Source: Leucoraja ocellata (lineage: Eukaryota). From it: DNA of 64,000 bases. Each line of letters begins with the position of its first letter. Position 1 is the first letter of the stretch. Shown piece by piece: positions 13,601 through 24,104 of the stretch. Made by a program: the position numbers and the translations under genes. The DNA is taken from positions 7,564,001 to 7,628,000 of the forward strand of contig JAWMAR010000085.1 of the NCBI GenBank assembly GCA_036785375.1. The letters are read 5' to 3'. The notes below the pieces were generated by a model. That model saw nothing but the letters and a program-made list of their open reading frames with translations. It was not told the DNA's origin and searched no databases.

Positions 13601-15335
13601 GCCAATGCCAAGGCTCTGTGGGGGAGGACACCACTCTAGAATCCTTCCACTGCTGGACAATGAGGGGGCAGAGTCTGGTGGGACACCCCTCAAACTGGAA
13701 GGGATATCACCCCAGAGGACCACATGAGTGGCAAGGATATCTTGTTTAATGATAGGTGCAACACAGCTGACAGTACAGTGGTGCAGCGGGTAAAGCCACT
13801 ACCTCACAGCGCCAGAGACCTGGGTTCGATCCTGACCTCGGGTGCCATCTTCTGTGTGGAGTTTGCACGTTCTCCCTGTGACTGCCTGGGTTTGCTCTGG
13901 GTGTTCCCACATCTTAAAGACGTGCGGGTTAGTGGGTTAATTGGCCCTCTGTAAATTGCCACTGGTGTGTAGGGAGTGGATTGGAAAATGGGATAACATA
14001 GACCTAGTGTAAATGGGTGATAAAAGGGTCAGTGTGGCCTTGGTGGGCCAAAGGGCCTGTTCCCATGCTGTATATCTGAAACTGCTGTATGACACTATTA
14101 TAGTAATGGAGTCATACAGCATGGAAACAGGTTCTTCAGCCCAACTTGCCCAAGCTGACCAATGTCACATTTACACTAGTTCCACCTGAATGCATTTGGC
14201 TCATATCCCTCTAAACCTATCCTATCCATGTACCTATTCAAATATTTGTTGAAATGTTGTGACAGTACCTGCCTCAACTACCTCCTCTGGCAGCCTGTTC
14301 CATACACCCACTATGCTCTGTGTGAAAAAGATGGCTTCAGGTTCCTATTAAATCTTGTTTAAGAAGGAACTGCAGATGCTGGAAAATCGAAGGCACACAA
14401 AAATGCTGGAGAAACTCAGCGGGTGCAGCAGCATCTATGAAGTGAAGGAAATAGGCAACATTTCGGGCTGAAACCCTTCTTCAGACGGAAGGGTCTGAAG
14501 AAGGGTTTCAGCCCGAAACTTTGACTATTTCCTATTGAATCTTTACCTCCTCACCTTAAACCAATGTCCTCTGGTTCTTTCTTCCAATTAAATGTGTAGA
14601 CACTGAGAATGAATGAAGACTTTTTGCACAGTTTTTTTGTATTTTTTTTAATTTTGAATGATGTTTATGTTTGAATAACAAGACCATGGGTACGCAAAAA
14701 CAGAATATATTTTAGATGGTAGGATTTGAAGAGAAACTCTCTTGAGCACTTCCTCCAAATGCAATTGTGTGAAGCTTTCTTTAGATGCAGTCCTGGCCGT
14801 AGAACTTCTTCATTCTTTGACGTGATGTTTGTATTGTGGTTAAATCGAAGAAGTGAAAATCTCCCTCCTGATATAGTTCTGGTAGTTCTGGTAGTCTATT
14901 GGCACGTCACAGTCTTTTAAATAACTATACCCTGGGTATAACCAAACTAAACCTCAATCCTTAGTACAACCCAGGCAGTTGGTAGCTTGGATTGCAGTTT
15001 AGTTGGAGTTTGTAGTGTTTTATATCCTTGATAGTTGGGAAGAAACTTTTGATGTGCAGTTCATTGCTTCAAAGAACATTACCACTGCTAACATGATTTT
15101 CTCCTCTTTATTTCCAGCTGTTACACTCCACACCAAAGCCTGTGCCTCTCCATCACTCTTCTACTTCCTATTTGTCTACCCATTCATCATCATCATAGCT
15201 CTCCTCGCCCTCGTTGTCTACTTTTACCTGAACCCGAAAAAGCCGCAGAAATCTTCTCAAGAAAATCATTTTTGGGCACCGATTGAACCCATCACTGACG
15301 ATCTGAAAAATGAAGAGGATACAAGTGTGATATGA
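1246..15335 (+). CDS. Partial multi-exon gene (5' part outside the window): EWI-family IgSF type I membrane protein, CD101(IGSF2)/IGSF3-like; join(1246..1650,2323..2724,3710..4120,5516..5929,15118..15335)
   Basis: Five exons with canonical AG/GT sites, all phase 1, splice into one open frame: 4 V-type Ig domains with EW-x motifs, then TM segment and tail. Confidence 0.9.
2323..2724 (+). CDS. Exon: V-type Ig domain (like IGSF3/CD101 domain 5)
   Basis: Pyrimidine tract plus gacAG, G|GTAAG donor; AITRTP..FELQCFIQP..VTWKFQP..LVTF..EWGD..EAGKFLC..TSNIL matches recalled IGSF3 domain 5. Confidence 0.93.
2990..3187. mobile_element. Foldback (inverted-arm) element, probably Penelope terminal-repeat derived
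   Basis: AATAGACACAAAATGCTGGAG... / ...CTCCAGCATTTTGTGTCTATT arms; GTCCAGT on both sides. Confidence 0.8.
3710..4120 (+). CDS. Exon: V-type Ig domain (like domain 6)
   Basis: ttctgcAG acceptor, G|GTAAA donor; LDC..SQFSVSW..AELTDQGNYCCAVTEWLLDPNNVWY (EWL motif). Confidence 0.92.
4815..5105 (+). mobile_element. HE1-like tRNA-derived V-SINE (representative; about 30 full or partial copies in the window)
   Basis: A box (TGGCGCAGCGG), B-box-like head, V-core GGAGTTTGTACATTCTCCCTGTGACC..GGGTTTTCTCCGGGTGCTCC, CR1-like tail GGGCCTG..CTGTATCTCTAAA. Confidence 0.85.
5516..5929 (+). CDS. Exon: membrane-proximal V-type Ig domain
   Basis: ttctgcAG acceptor, G|GTAAC donor; DANLQV..AAFELEC..FSVTW..DSGVYYCSVEEWV resembles the last IGSF3 domain (DASLQV..AAFQLDC). 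Confidence 0.92.
5955..6232 (+). mobile_element. HE1-like SINE just downstream of an exon donor
   Basis: GGTTCGATCC B box, V-core and tail. Confidence 0.85.
7686..9348 (-). mobile_element. 5'-truncated young CR1 LINE (RT region) in the last intron, same family as 52515-56722
   Basis: 492-aa ORF nearly identical to the ORF2 C-half; same tail; flanked by AAGTTAA at 7679-7685 and 9349-9355 (candidate TSD). Confidence 0.95.
9558..9748 (+). mobile_element. CR1 3' tail nested in a SINE
   Basis: FKRELD motif and GGGCCGAATGGCCTACTCCTGCACCTATT tail; SINE 9356-9822 resumes after it. Confidence 0.8.
10675..10980 (-). mobile_element. HE1-like SINE
   Basis: Reverse-complement head, core and tail. Confidence 0.85.
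11975..12215. mobile_element. Foldback element with hammerhead-like core
   Basis: Inverted arms; CTGAAGAAG..GAAACGTC in the right arm. Confidence 0.8.
12438..12804. mobile_element. hAT (Charlie-like) MITE nested in a foldback element
   Basis: TIRs CAGTGGTTCCCAACC / GGTTGGGAATCACTG; 8-bp flanks GGTTAGAT and GGTTAGGC; host sequence resumes across it. Confidence 0.88.
13560..13755 (+). mobile_element. Tx1-type LINE ORF2 C-terminus and 3'UTR fragment
   Basis: EYMLRDSLKLGAANAKALWGRT-stop; homologous to 38500-38735 on -. Confidence 0.7.
13765..14082 (+). mobile_element. HE1-like SINE
   Basis: Head, V-core and tail. Confidence 0.85.
14358..14533. mobile_element. Foldback element with paired hammerhead-like cores
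   Basis: TTTCGGGCTGAAACCCTTCTTCAGAC / GTCTGAAGAAGGGTTTCAGCCCGAAA perfect inverted pair. Confidence 0.8.
15118..15335 (+). CDS. Terminal coding exon: transmembrane helix and short cytoplasmic tail
   Basis: ctaac branch point, pyrimidine tract and ccAG; ACASPSLFYFLFVYPFIIIIALLALVVYFY parallels recalled CD101 ICSSAPLLYFLFICPF and IGSF3 ICSNDALFYFVFFYPF; tail has W and an acidic end; TGA at 15333. Confidence 0.9.
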
Positions 15336-17292
15336 CGCACTGGATGAATGGTCTTTGTGCCACTCTGTTGTGGACGAAGTGTGTCATTAAATGATGGCCA
15401 AATTATATGTTGCTTGGGAGAAGTTCGCACAAGTGCCCAACAAAATCCGCAACTGAAGCTACCCACTCAACTTAAATGTCGGTTGTCTTCATTTAAAGTT
15501 GGCATTCACAACTCTTGCCAAATGAGGATTGTTTAAATTGTTTAAATGAATCTTCACTGGTTGAAAGTTCATTTTCGTTCCAAAGCTGAAGAAGAGTCAG
15601 AAACTGAAGAAAGATCCCGACAGGAAATGTTGCTTATCCATTTTCCTCCACACATGCTGCCTGACCTGCTGAGTTCCTCCAGCGCTTTGTGTGTTGCTCA
15701 AGACTCCAGCATCTGCAGCTCTTTGTGTCTACCCTTCCAATTCATTCCCTTCCCGTATTTTATCTGTATAATTTGTTCCGTGTAATTTTAATTGTGCCTT
15801 TTTAGACACAAACTAAACCAGTCTGAAGAAGGGACGTCGCCTATCCATGTTCTCCAGAGATAGCAAAATGTAGAAAAATAGGTGCAAGAGTAGGCCATTC
15901 GGCCCTTCGAGCCAGCACCGCTATTCAATATGATCATGTCTAATCATCTAAAATCAATACCCTGTTCCATTTTTTTCCCCATATCCCTTGATTCCTTCAG
16001 CCCTAAGAGCTGAATCTAACTCCCTCTCTCTTGAAAGATGCTGCCTGACCCGCTGAGTTCCTCCAGCACTGTGTGTTTTAATCAATATTCCTGCATCTGC
16101 GGTTCCTTGTATCGCCGTTGTGGTTTGGCATATCGCCACTGTGCTGAGGCCAGGCGCCAACTCTTGGACAGCTACTAGGCCATCATCTACCTGGCACAAA
16201 TACCAGGCCATCATCTCCAAGACCCTTAAGGGGCCGCAGATGGGTCCTAGTCCGAAAAGTTGCCGATTAATTCCCTGCACAGATGCTGCCTGACTCACTG
16301 AGTTCCTCCAGCATTTTGTGTTTTACTCAATACCAGCACCTGCAGTTCCTTGTGTCTACAGCTTCGCTCATGATTGCTTAATCAATTTAATCTTATTATT
16401 GCCAGTATTAAACGTTCTTCCGTTCGAACAACCGCTTCCTAAATTGAAATCGTGTGACTTGGTTTTTGCAAATACATCTGTTTTGCTGTACCTCAGTCCT
16501 TTCCATGTACTACCCCAAATTGTATATACTGTCATATGCACAATACAGAACAAGTCAGTAGATGATATGCTAAAAGTGAATGCTTTAAATTGCCCCTAGT
16601 GTGTAGATAGAGAGCGGATAACATAGAACTAGTGTGAACAATTGATCGATGTTCGGCGCGGACTCGGTGGGCTGATTCCAATCTGTATTACTAAACTAAA
16701 CTAAACTGAACTAAACTAGCAAGATAAAGAAGTTCCAATTGATAAGAGACAAATGCAGGACTCATTACGGGGTTCTTGAGGCAACAATCAAACTGTACAC
16801 TGATTTATGAATGATAGATGCAGCATTGAAATAGGCCCAATGGCTACTGAGTCCACACCGACCATCGATCACCCATTCACACTAGTTCGATGTTTCCCAC
16901 TATTCTCATCTACTCCCTATACACTAGGGGCAATTTACAGAGGGCCAATTAACGTACAAACCCACAAGTCTACACAGGCGGAGTCTAGATGGGGAAAACT
17001 CCATTTGTATTTAAATGGATTTTGCACACTCTGGTTGATAGAGACTTTATGTAGACTGAATGAGGAACCTGTTTTTTTTGTGTGTTTTTGTTGGTTATAT
17101 AGCTTTATTACTTTTTAATACTTTTATATTTTTATACATATGTTACTTTTACAATGAGGAGATATTTGACTGATTTATTTTCAGCCCATTGCTTTAAACC
17201 CGTAGAGAATGATAAATATGGAAAGGAGCGATGCTTTGTCTTAGTTTAACCTTAGGGATTGTAACATCCAGTCCTACTAATCAATCAGAATT

Positions 17293-17595
17293 ATAGCATG
17301 GAAACAGGCCCTTCGGCCCCCCAACTCCATGCCGACCATCCATCACCCGTTCACACTAGTTCTATGTTATCTCACTTTCTCATCCAATTCCTACACACTA
17401 AGGGGGCAATTTATAAAAGCCAATTAACCTACAAACCTACACATCTTTGGGATGTGGTAGGAAACCGGAGCACCCAGAGGAAACCCACGCATTCACAGGG
17501 AGAATGTACAAACTCCACACACAGACTTAGGGTGCCCAAGATCAGGATTGAACCCAGGTCTCTGGCGCTGTGAAGCAGTGGCTCTACCAGCTGTA
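17293..17595 (-). mobile_element. HE1-like SINE (in putative 3'UTR)
   Basis: Reverse-complement match to the other copies. Confidence 0.85.
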
Positions 17596-17754
17596 CGACT
17601 TCTGGATGGTGCTTCATTCTCCAATACCGATTCTTTAATGCACTGACTGCTTCCCACTGTCCACAGCAAAAACCAGCCCCATTTCTCCTCCCCACCCCCA
17701 TTGTCCTCCTACCATCGACTTCCATAATCCACACAATAGATTTCTTCCACTAGG

Positions 17755-18078
17755 GGGGAGCGGTAGAGTGGCTGCCTTACTGCGCCAGAGACCCGTGTTC
17801 ACTCCTATCTATGGGTGCTGTCTGTATGGAGTTTTTACATTCTACCTATGACCAGCGTGGGTTTTCTCCGGATGCTCCGGTTTCCTCCCACACTTCAAAG
17901 ACGTACAGGTTTGTACGCTAATTGGCTTCAGTAAAAATTGTAAATTATCCCTAGTGTGTAGGATAGACTTAGTGTGCAGGATAGTGTTAGTGTGCATGGG
18001 TCGCTGGTTGGCGCAGACTCAGTCAACTGAAGGGGCCTGTTTCAATGCGCTGTATGTTTAAACTAAACTAAACTAAAA
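17755..18078 (+). mobile_element. HE1-like SINE (in putative 3'UTR)
   Basis: Head, core and (CTAAA)n tail. Confidence 0.85.
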
Positions 18079-18457
18079 TAAGCTTTGCAAAGCTATTTTT
18101 CCCCATATAAGGGCCTAATACTATCCGATGATGTAGAAGCTTGTGCGAAATGTCCCTGTACTAAATTGGCATGTTCCCACCCATCTCATCTCCATTCTTC
18201 CACAAGCCTTTTAAGGCATCTTTTACCAGAATCTTCAGGTTTGTATCTTCAGAATAGTTACAAAAGAGTAATTATAGTCTCGGAAGAATACTGAATGAAC
18301 TCCTGATATCGTGACTTGCACCTGCATCCAAAAAAAATGATACGTACGGTTGATTTTTACTGAAGAACATTCCATTTTTTAATTGTTTTTAATTTAAAAT
18401 TTATGATTGTTTCTTGAGTTGTCAAGGAAGCACTGATGTAAAATGTTGTCTTGCAAT

Positions 18458-18463
18458 AATAAA
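18458..18463 (+). terminator. Candidate polyadenylation signal of the CD101/IGSF3-like gene
   Basis: AATAAA in unique AT-rich sequence followed by GU-rich tgtgtttgatt about 15-25 nt downstream; would give a 3'UTR of about 3.1 kb. Confidence 0.4.
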
Positions 18464-18760
18464 ATAAGAACTAAAATGTGTTTGATTATCCCTTATGTTA
18501 GAGAGGAGGCCATCACAGTAACTGATGAAAGGCAGGTGACTAATGAAATGTGGGAATGGATGTTGCAATTACTTTAGTCGATGGAGTAATAGAGCTCTCC
18601 AGCACAGAAATGGGCCCTTCGGCCCATCTTGTCCATGCCCACCAAGTGGCCCACTGTGCTGGTCTCATTTGCCCTCTAAACCTTTCCTGTCAATATTGGA
18701 TAAATAAAGTAGTTCCTAGCTTGACATCTGATCTTCATTGCTGCAATGTGAAGACTTCCT

Positions 18761-19285
18761 AGGGGCTGTCCCACTTGGGTGACCTAATTGGCGAGTTTAG
18801 AAGAGTTTAGGAGAGTTTGAAAAAAATGTAATGTTGAAGACCTCCTTTGACTATGTAGAAGACTAGCTTCGACTAGCTACGACTAACTTCGGGAAAATTG
18901 GACACCGAATAGTGGAGAGCGAAGACAACCTCCTTCGATCTCCTTCGACCTCCCTTCGACTATGATGAAGACTATCTATGACGACCTTCGACTACCCTCG
19001 ATTACCTACGACTAACATGCTGACCTACTACGACTAAACCTACGAGTAAAAAAAGTATCAATTTTTTCCATGGCGACTTTTTTTTTAAAACTCACGGGCA
19101 TTCTTCAACATGTTGAAAAATACGCCGCAACCTAGCTGAGGCCTCGAATACACAGGGACCACTCTTGAGCATGAAGGAGAGTTACAAAGACCTCCTACGA
19201 CCTTGTGTCGACCATGCTGCGAGTATGAGTCGAGGGCAAACTCGCCAGAACTCACGGATTAGGTCGCCCAAGTGGGACAGCCCCT
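18761..19285. mobile_element. Non-autonomous DNA transposon (MITE), PIF/Harbinger- or Kolobok-like
   Basis: 28-bp TIRs AGGGGCTGTCCCACTTGGGTGACCTAAT / ATTAGGTCGCCCAAGTGGGACAGCCCCT; interior rich in CGAC repeats; TTAA on the right flank only. Confidence 0.85.
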
Positions 19286-21289
19286 TTAAGAACAACAAAA
19301 TTAAGAAACTGAACACATTGATTCAATGATACTTTGTTGTTACAGTGAAATGCTTTGTTTTGCATACAACCTGGTAAAATCATACTGCAAACCTCACCTA
19401 AGCCTCACAAAGAGTTGCCACGTTTTGGCACTGACAGCAGGAGGGTCCCATCCTGGAACACCACCTATACATGGTCTCCAGAGATGCTGCCTGACCTACT
19501 GAGTTACTTCTGCACTTTGTGTCCTTTTGTGTAAGTGGGCATCTGCAGTTCCCTGTTTCTACCTCCCGTGGAACAGCTTGTTCCATATACCCACCACCAG
19601 TGAGTGAAAAGATTGCCCCTCAGGTTCCTGTTAAATCTTTCCCATCTCACCTTAAACCTGTGTCCTCTAGTTCCCGATTTCCCTACCCTGGGTAAAAGAC
19701 TCTGTATATTCACACTATCTATTCCCCTCATGATCTTACACACCTCTATAAGACCACCCTCATCTTCCTGTGCTCCAAGGAATAAAGTCCTAGCCTGCCC
19801 AACTTCTCCCTATAGCACCGGCCCACGGCCCTTGAGTCCTGGCAACATCCTTGTAAATCTTGCCTGCACCTTTTCCAGCTCAATGACAACTATGATAGCA
19901 TTTAAAAGACACTTGGACAGGTACATGGATAGGAAAGATTTGGAGGAATATGGGCTAAACGCGGGCACATGAGATTAGCTTAGATGTGACATCTTGGTCG
20001 ACATGGATGTGATGGGCTGTATGTCTCCATGACTCTCTGATTCTATCTCAATCTGCCTGCGATGGAGTTTAACTTTTGGGGATTCAGAGGATGCTTCTGT
20101 TTTTTTAATCAAGAGATCAAAATAGTACAAAGAACATTTAGCATGAGTGCTGACCTGTATTTTTCCCCACTGACGGGTGTTATTGCTTTTGGTGGTTGTT
20201 AATGCAACTTATTTTTAATTCTTGTGGTGACCAGTTCATGATAACTATTCATTTGCAGTGGAGTCTTTAGACATTACACTTTACAGATGCAGTTTGGACT
20301 TTACACTTTACAGATGCAGCATGGATCCACCGAGTCCGTGCCGACCAGCGATCACCCTGTACACGAGTACTATCCTACACACTGGGGACAATTTACAATT
20401 TACTGAAGTTAATTAACCTACAAACCTGTATGTCTTTAGAGTGTGGGAGGAGACTGGAGCACTTGGGGGAAAACCCCCCGTGGTCACGGGGAGAACGTGT
20501 AAACTCTGTACAGACATCACCTGTACTCGGAGTCGAACACAGGCCTCTGGGGCTGAGCGGCAACAGCTCTATCACTACGCAACCGTGCCACCGAGTCGGT
20601 GAATGTAATATACATCCGCTTTTTCTTTCAAACTTCCCATTTAGAGAGCTGAGATCACACAATTTCTTCACAAGACTGCACTAGAAAAGAGGTTGTGAAA
20701 ATATATAGTTTGTTTGTGGTTTTTTGTTTTGATTATTGAGGAAGGACTTCAAATAGCATACAAAGGAATATGTGATTATTAATCATGTAACTAATATATT
20801 TACCATCTGTACAAAATAAATTAATGACCAAGATTCCCATTGGGGCAGCACGATGGTGCAGCAGCAGAGTTGCTGCCTCACAGCGCTGGGTTCAATACTA
20901 ACTACAGGTGCTGTCAGTACAGAGTTTGTACGTTCTCCCTGTGACCTCGTGGATTTAACCCGGTGCGCCGGTTTCCTCCTGCAATCCGAAGACGTGCATG
21001 TTTGTAGGTTAATTGGCCTCTGTAAATTGCCCCTCGCACATAGAACTAGTGTACAGGTGATTGCTGGTCAGCAAGGACTCGGTGTGCCGAAGGGCTTGTC
21101 AAGGTCAAAGGTCAAAAACTTTATTTGCCATTTGTGCTTACACACATAGGAACTCTTGTGCGGTTGTTCAGAGAGTCAAGTCAAGTTAAAAAGACACACA
21201 GAAGACACATAATCTATAAAAACATATACTTCTCTAGAACTAAAATATAGCTTTCCATGCTATATCTCAAAACTAAGTCCATAGAACAG

Positions 21290-22250
21290 TTCAGGTCAGG
21301 AACAGGCCCTTCCAGGCACCCACCACTCTGTGTATGAAACAAAAATAACTTGCCCTGTACATCTCCTTTAAACTTTGGCCCTCTCGCCTTAAAGCTATGC
21401 ATGCCCTCTGGCCTTTGACATTTCCACACTCGTAAAAAGTTCTGACTGTCTACCCAATCTATGTTTCTGATACTTTTAAAGACTTCTATCAGGTCTCCCC
21501 TCAACCTATGATGCTCCAGAGAAAACAATCCTAACTATCCAATTGTCTTAGCTAGTCCCATTTGCCCGCGTTTCGTCCATATCCTAATCTCTCCTATCTG
21601 TGTACCTGTCCAAATGTCTTTTAAATGCTGTTATTCTACCCACCTCAACTGCATCCCATGGCAGCGCGTTCCAAATATCCATCCTCTGTGTGAAAAGGTT
21701 GCCCCTCAGGTTCCTATTAAATCTTACCCTTGTCATATTAACCCTATGTCCTCTAGTTCATGATTCTCCTTCCGTGTGAATAAGACAGTGCATTCACCCC
21801 ATCTATTCCCCTTGTGATTGTACACACTTATAAAAGAACAGCCTCCTTGCCCCACACATCTCCTTTAAACTTTCCCCTCTCAACTTAATGCTATGCCCTC
21901 TAGTCTTCGAAATTTCCACCCTAGTAAAAAGGTTCTCTGACTGTCTATCGTATCTATGCCTCTCATCATTTTATATACTTCAGGTTTCCCACAACCTCCA
22001 AATAACTAGACAAAACAATCCAAATTAACCGAACCTCTCCTATAGGTAATACCCTCTTATCCAGGCACCATTCTAGTAAACCTCTTCTGCACCTTCATCA
22101 AGCCTGCACATCCTTCCTGTAATGGGTCGACCAGAACTGCACGCAATACTCCAAATGTGGTCTAACCAAAGTCTTATAGAGTTGCTTCACGAATCTCTGA
22201 CTCATACTCAATGTCTCGTCCGATGAAGGCACGCGATCTACTTGTGTTGC
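21290..22250 (-). mobile_element. Cluster of decayed CR1 3' fragments
   Basis: LRGDLIEVFK and LYKTLVRPHLEYCVQFWS motifs in several tandem pieces. Confidence 0.8.
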
Positions 22251-22681
22251 CATTATCAAGAAGCTGTGGGGCTGCACACCAAGATGCAAGAATACCTGAT
22301 AGTGAACATGCACGGAAGGTTTGTACTGTATGAGGTACGTTCATCACAGACCAAGATCATCACGTCCAAGATAAGATGCTCCAAAGGTCTAAAGTTGTGT
22401 TTGAATCAAGATGACATCTTAATTCTAACCAGTACACAGGGGAAATGGTCAAAAGACCTTCAGCATTATATACAAACCCAAATGCAATTTTGTACTGTAG
22501 GCAGTAAACAATTTCAATCAGGTGATGTCTGTGTGTGGAGTTTGCACGTTCTTCCTGTGACTGCGTGGGTTTTCTCTGGGTACTCTGGTTTCCTCCCACA
22601 TTGCAGGTTTGTAGGTTAATTGGCTTCTGTAAATTACCCCTGGTATGCAGGGATGAGAAAGTGGGATAACATAGAACTAGT

Positions 22682-22813
22682 NNNNNNNNNNNNNNNNNNN
22701 NNNNNNNNNNNNNNNNNNNNNNNNNNNNNNNNNNNNNNNNNNNNNNNNNNNNNNNNNNNNNNNNNNNNNNNNNNNNNNNNNNNNNNNNNNNNNNNNNNNN
22801 NNNNNNNNNNNNN
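22682..22813. other. Assembly gap (132 N)
   Basis: Run of N. Confidence 1.
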
Positions 22814-23022
22814 ATTGTTTGTTTTATGTGTGTGTGTGTATACATATGAATGTACACACACACATGAAACAAACAATAAAAGTACAAAAAGCCAAAACTT
22901 ATTTTTGTTTTATTGTATGTGTATCTGTATGTGTATGTATATATACACACACACACATACAGACACACACACACACACACACATACACACATACATACTG
23001 TACATCCATAAAACAAACAAAA
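22814..23022. repeat. Inverted (TG)n/(CA)n microsatellite hairpins
   Basis: ATTGTTTGTTTTATGTGTGTG...CACACACATGAAACAAACAAT followed by a second TG/CA inverted block. Confidence 0.85.
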
Positions 23023-23736
23023 GAAAGACAAATCCAATGTGTGTAAATGCTGCTGCACTGTAGATGGTACAGGGTGAGGTTTCACCCGCTGCTAATTGTT
23101 GCTCATTTAAGCATCATTTTCCGCACTGATCTGATTTGGCAGCATTGATGTTAAGCCAGCATTGTGTGTTCATTGCTATCACAGTCTGTTAATTCCAGAT
23201 AATAGCATCGGGTAAGGACCGCAGAGGCAGCGATGCCTTTAGCAACAACGCAATTGCCACAATTCATGCTGTAAATGTCCACAGACGTTCATCTCACGCC
23301 AACATGGACACCAGTCAGCTAAGTTTCGCTCAAACAAAGGGCCCCATTTCGCGCATTGTGCATCTTAGGAATTTGCAGCAGGGCATAAAGAATTGAAGAA
23401 TAAAGTATAAAGAATAGAAAATAATTCATTTTGCAGCGATGTGGTTCAACAGTGAGAGGAAGTTGGGGAAATACATTTTAAAGAAAGGTAAAACTAAACC
23501 ATTATCAGCTGCATGGAAGCAAAGCCAGAACACATTTCCTGCCAAAATGGTGTCAGACACAGAACAATAAGTTTTGTCCCTGGGTAAATGAAACACAGGG
23601 ACATGTGACACCCAACTTACACAGCTGCCTCGGCAAGGGCAGCAGCATAACAAGCGACTAGTCTCACCCCGGTCACTCCCTCTCCAGCTCAACCACGCTG
23701 CTTCGGCAAGGCCAGCAGCATAACCATGGACCAGTC

Positions 23737-24104
23737 AACAGACAATAGGTGCAGGAGTAGGCCATTTGGCACTTCGAGCCAGCACCGCCATTCAATGTGA
23801 TCATGGCTGATCATCCCCAATCAGTACCCCGTTCCTGCCTTCTCCCCATATCCCCTGACTCCGCTATTTTTAAGAGCCCTATCTAGCTCTCTCTTGAAAG
23901 CATCCAGAGAACCTGCCTCCACCGCCCTCTGAGGCAGAGAATTCCAGAGACTCACCACTCTCTGTGAGAAAAAGTGTTTCCTCGTCTCCGTTCTAAATGG
24001 CTTACTCCTTATTCTTAAACTGTGGCCCCTGGTTCTGGACTCCCCCAACATCGGGAACATGTTTCCTGCCTCTAGTGTGTCCAAGCCCTTAACAATCTTA
24101 TATG
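23737..24104 (-). mobile_element. Young CR1 3' fragment inserted in a tandemly repeated Rex/L2-type segment
   Basis: YKIVKGLD..RTRGHSL..FFSQRVVSLWNSLP; flanked by three copies of GGCAAGG(C/G)CAGCAGCATAA. Confidence 0.85.

Noticed and set aside
22360-23085. Long ORFs across the gap
   Set aside because: Artefacts of N runs and microsatellites
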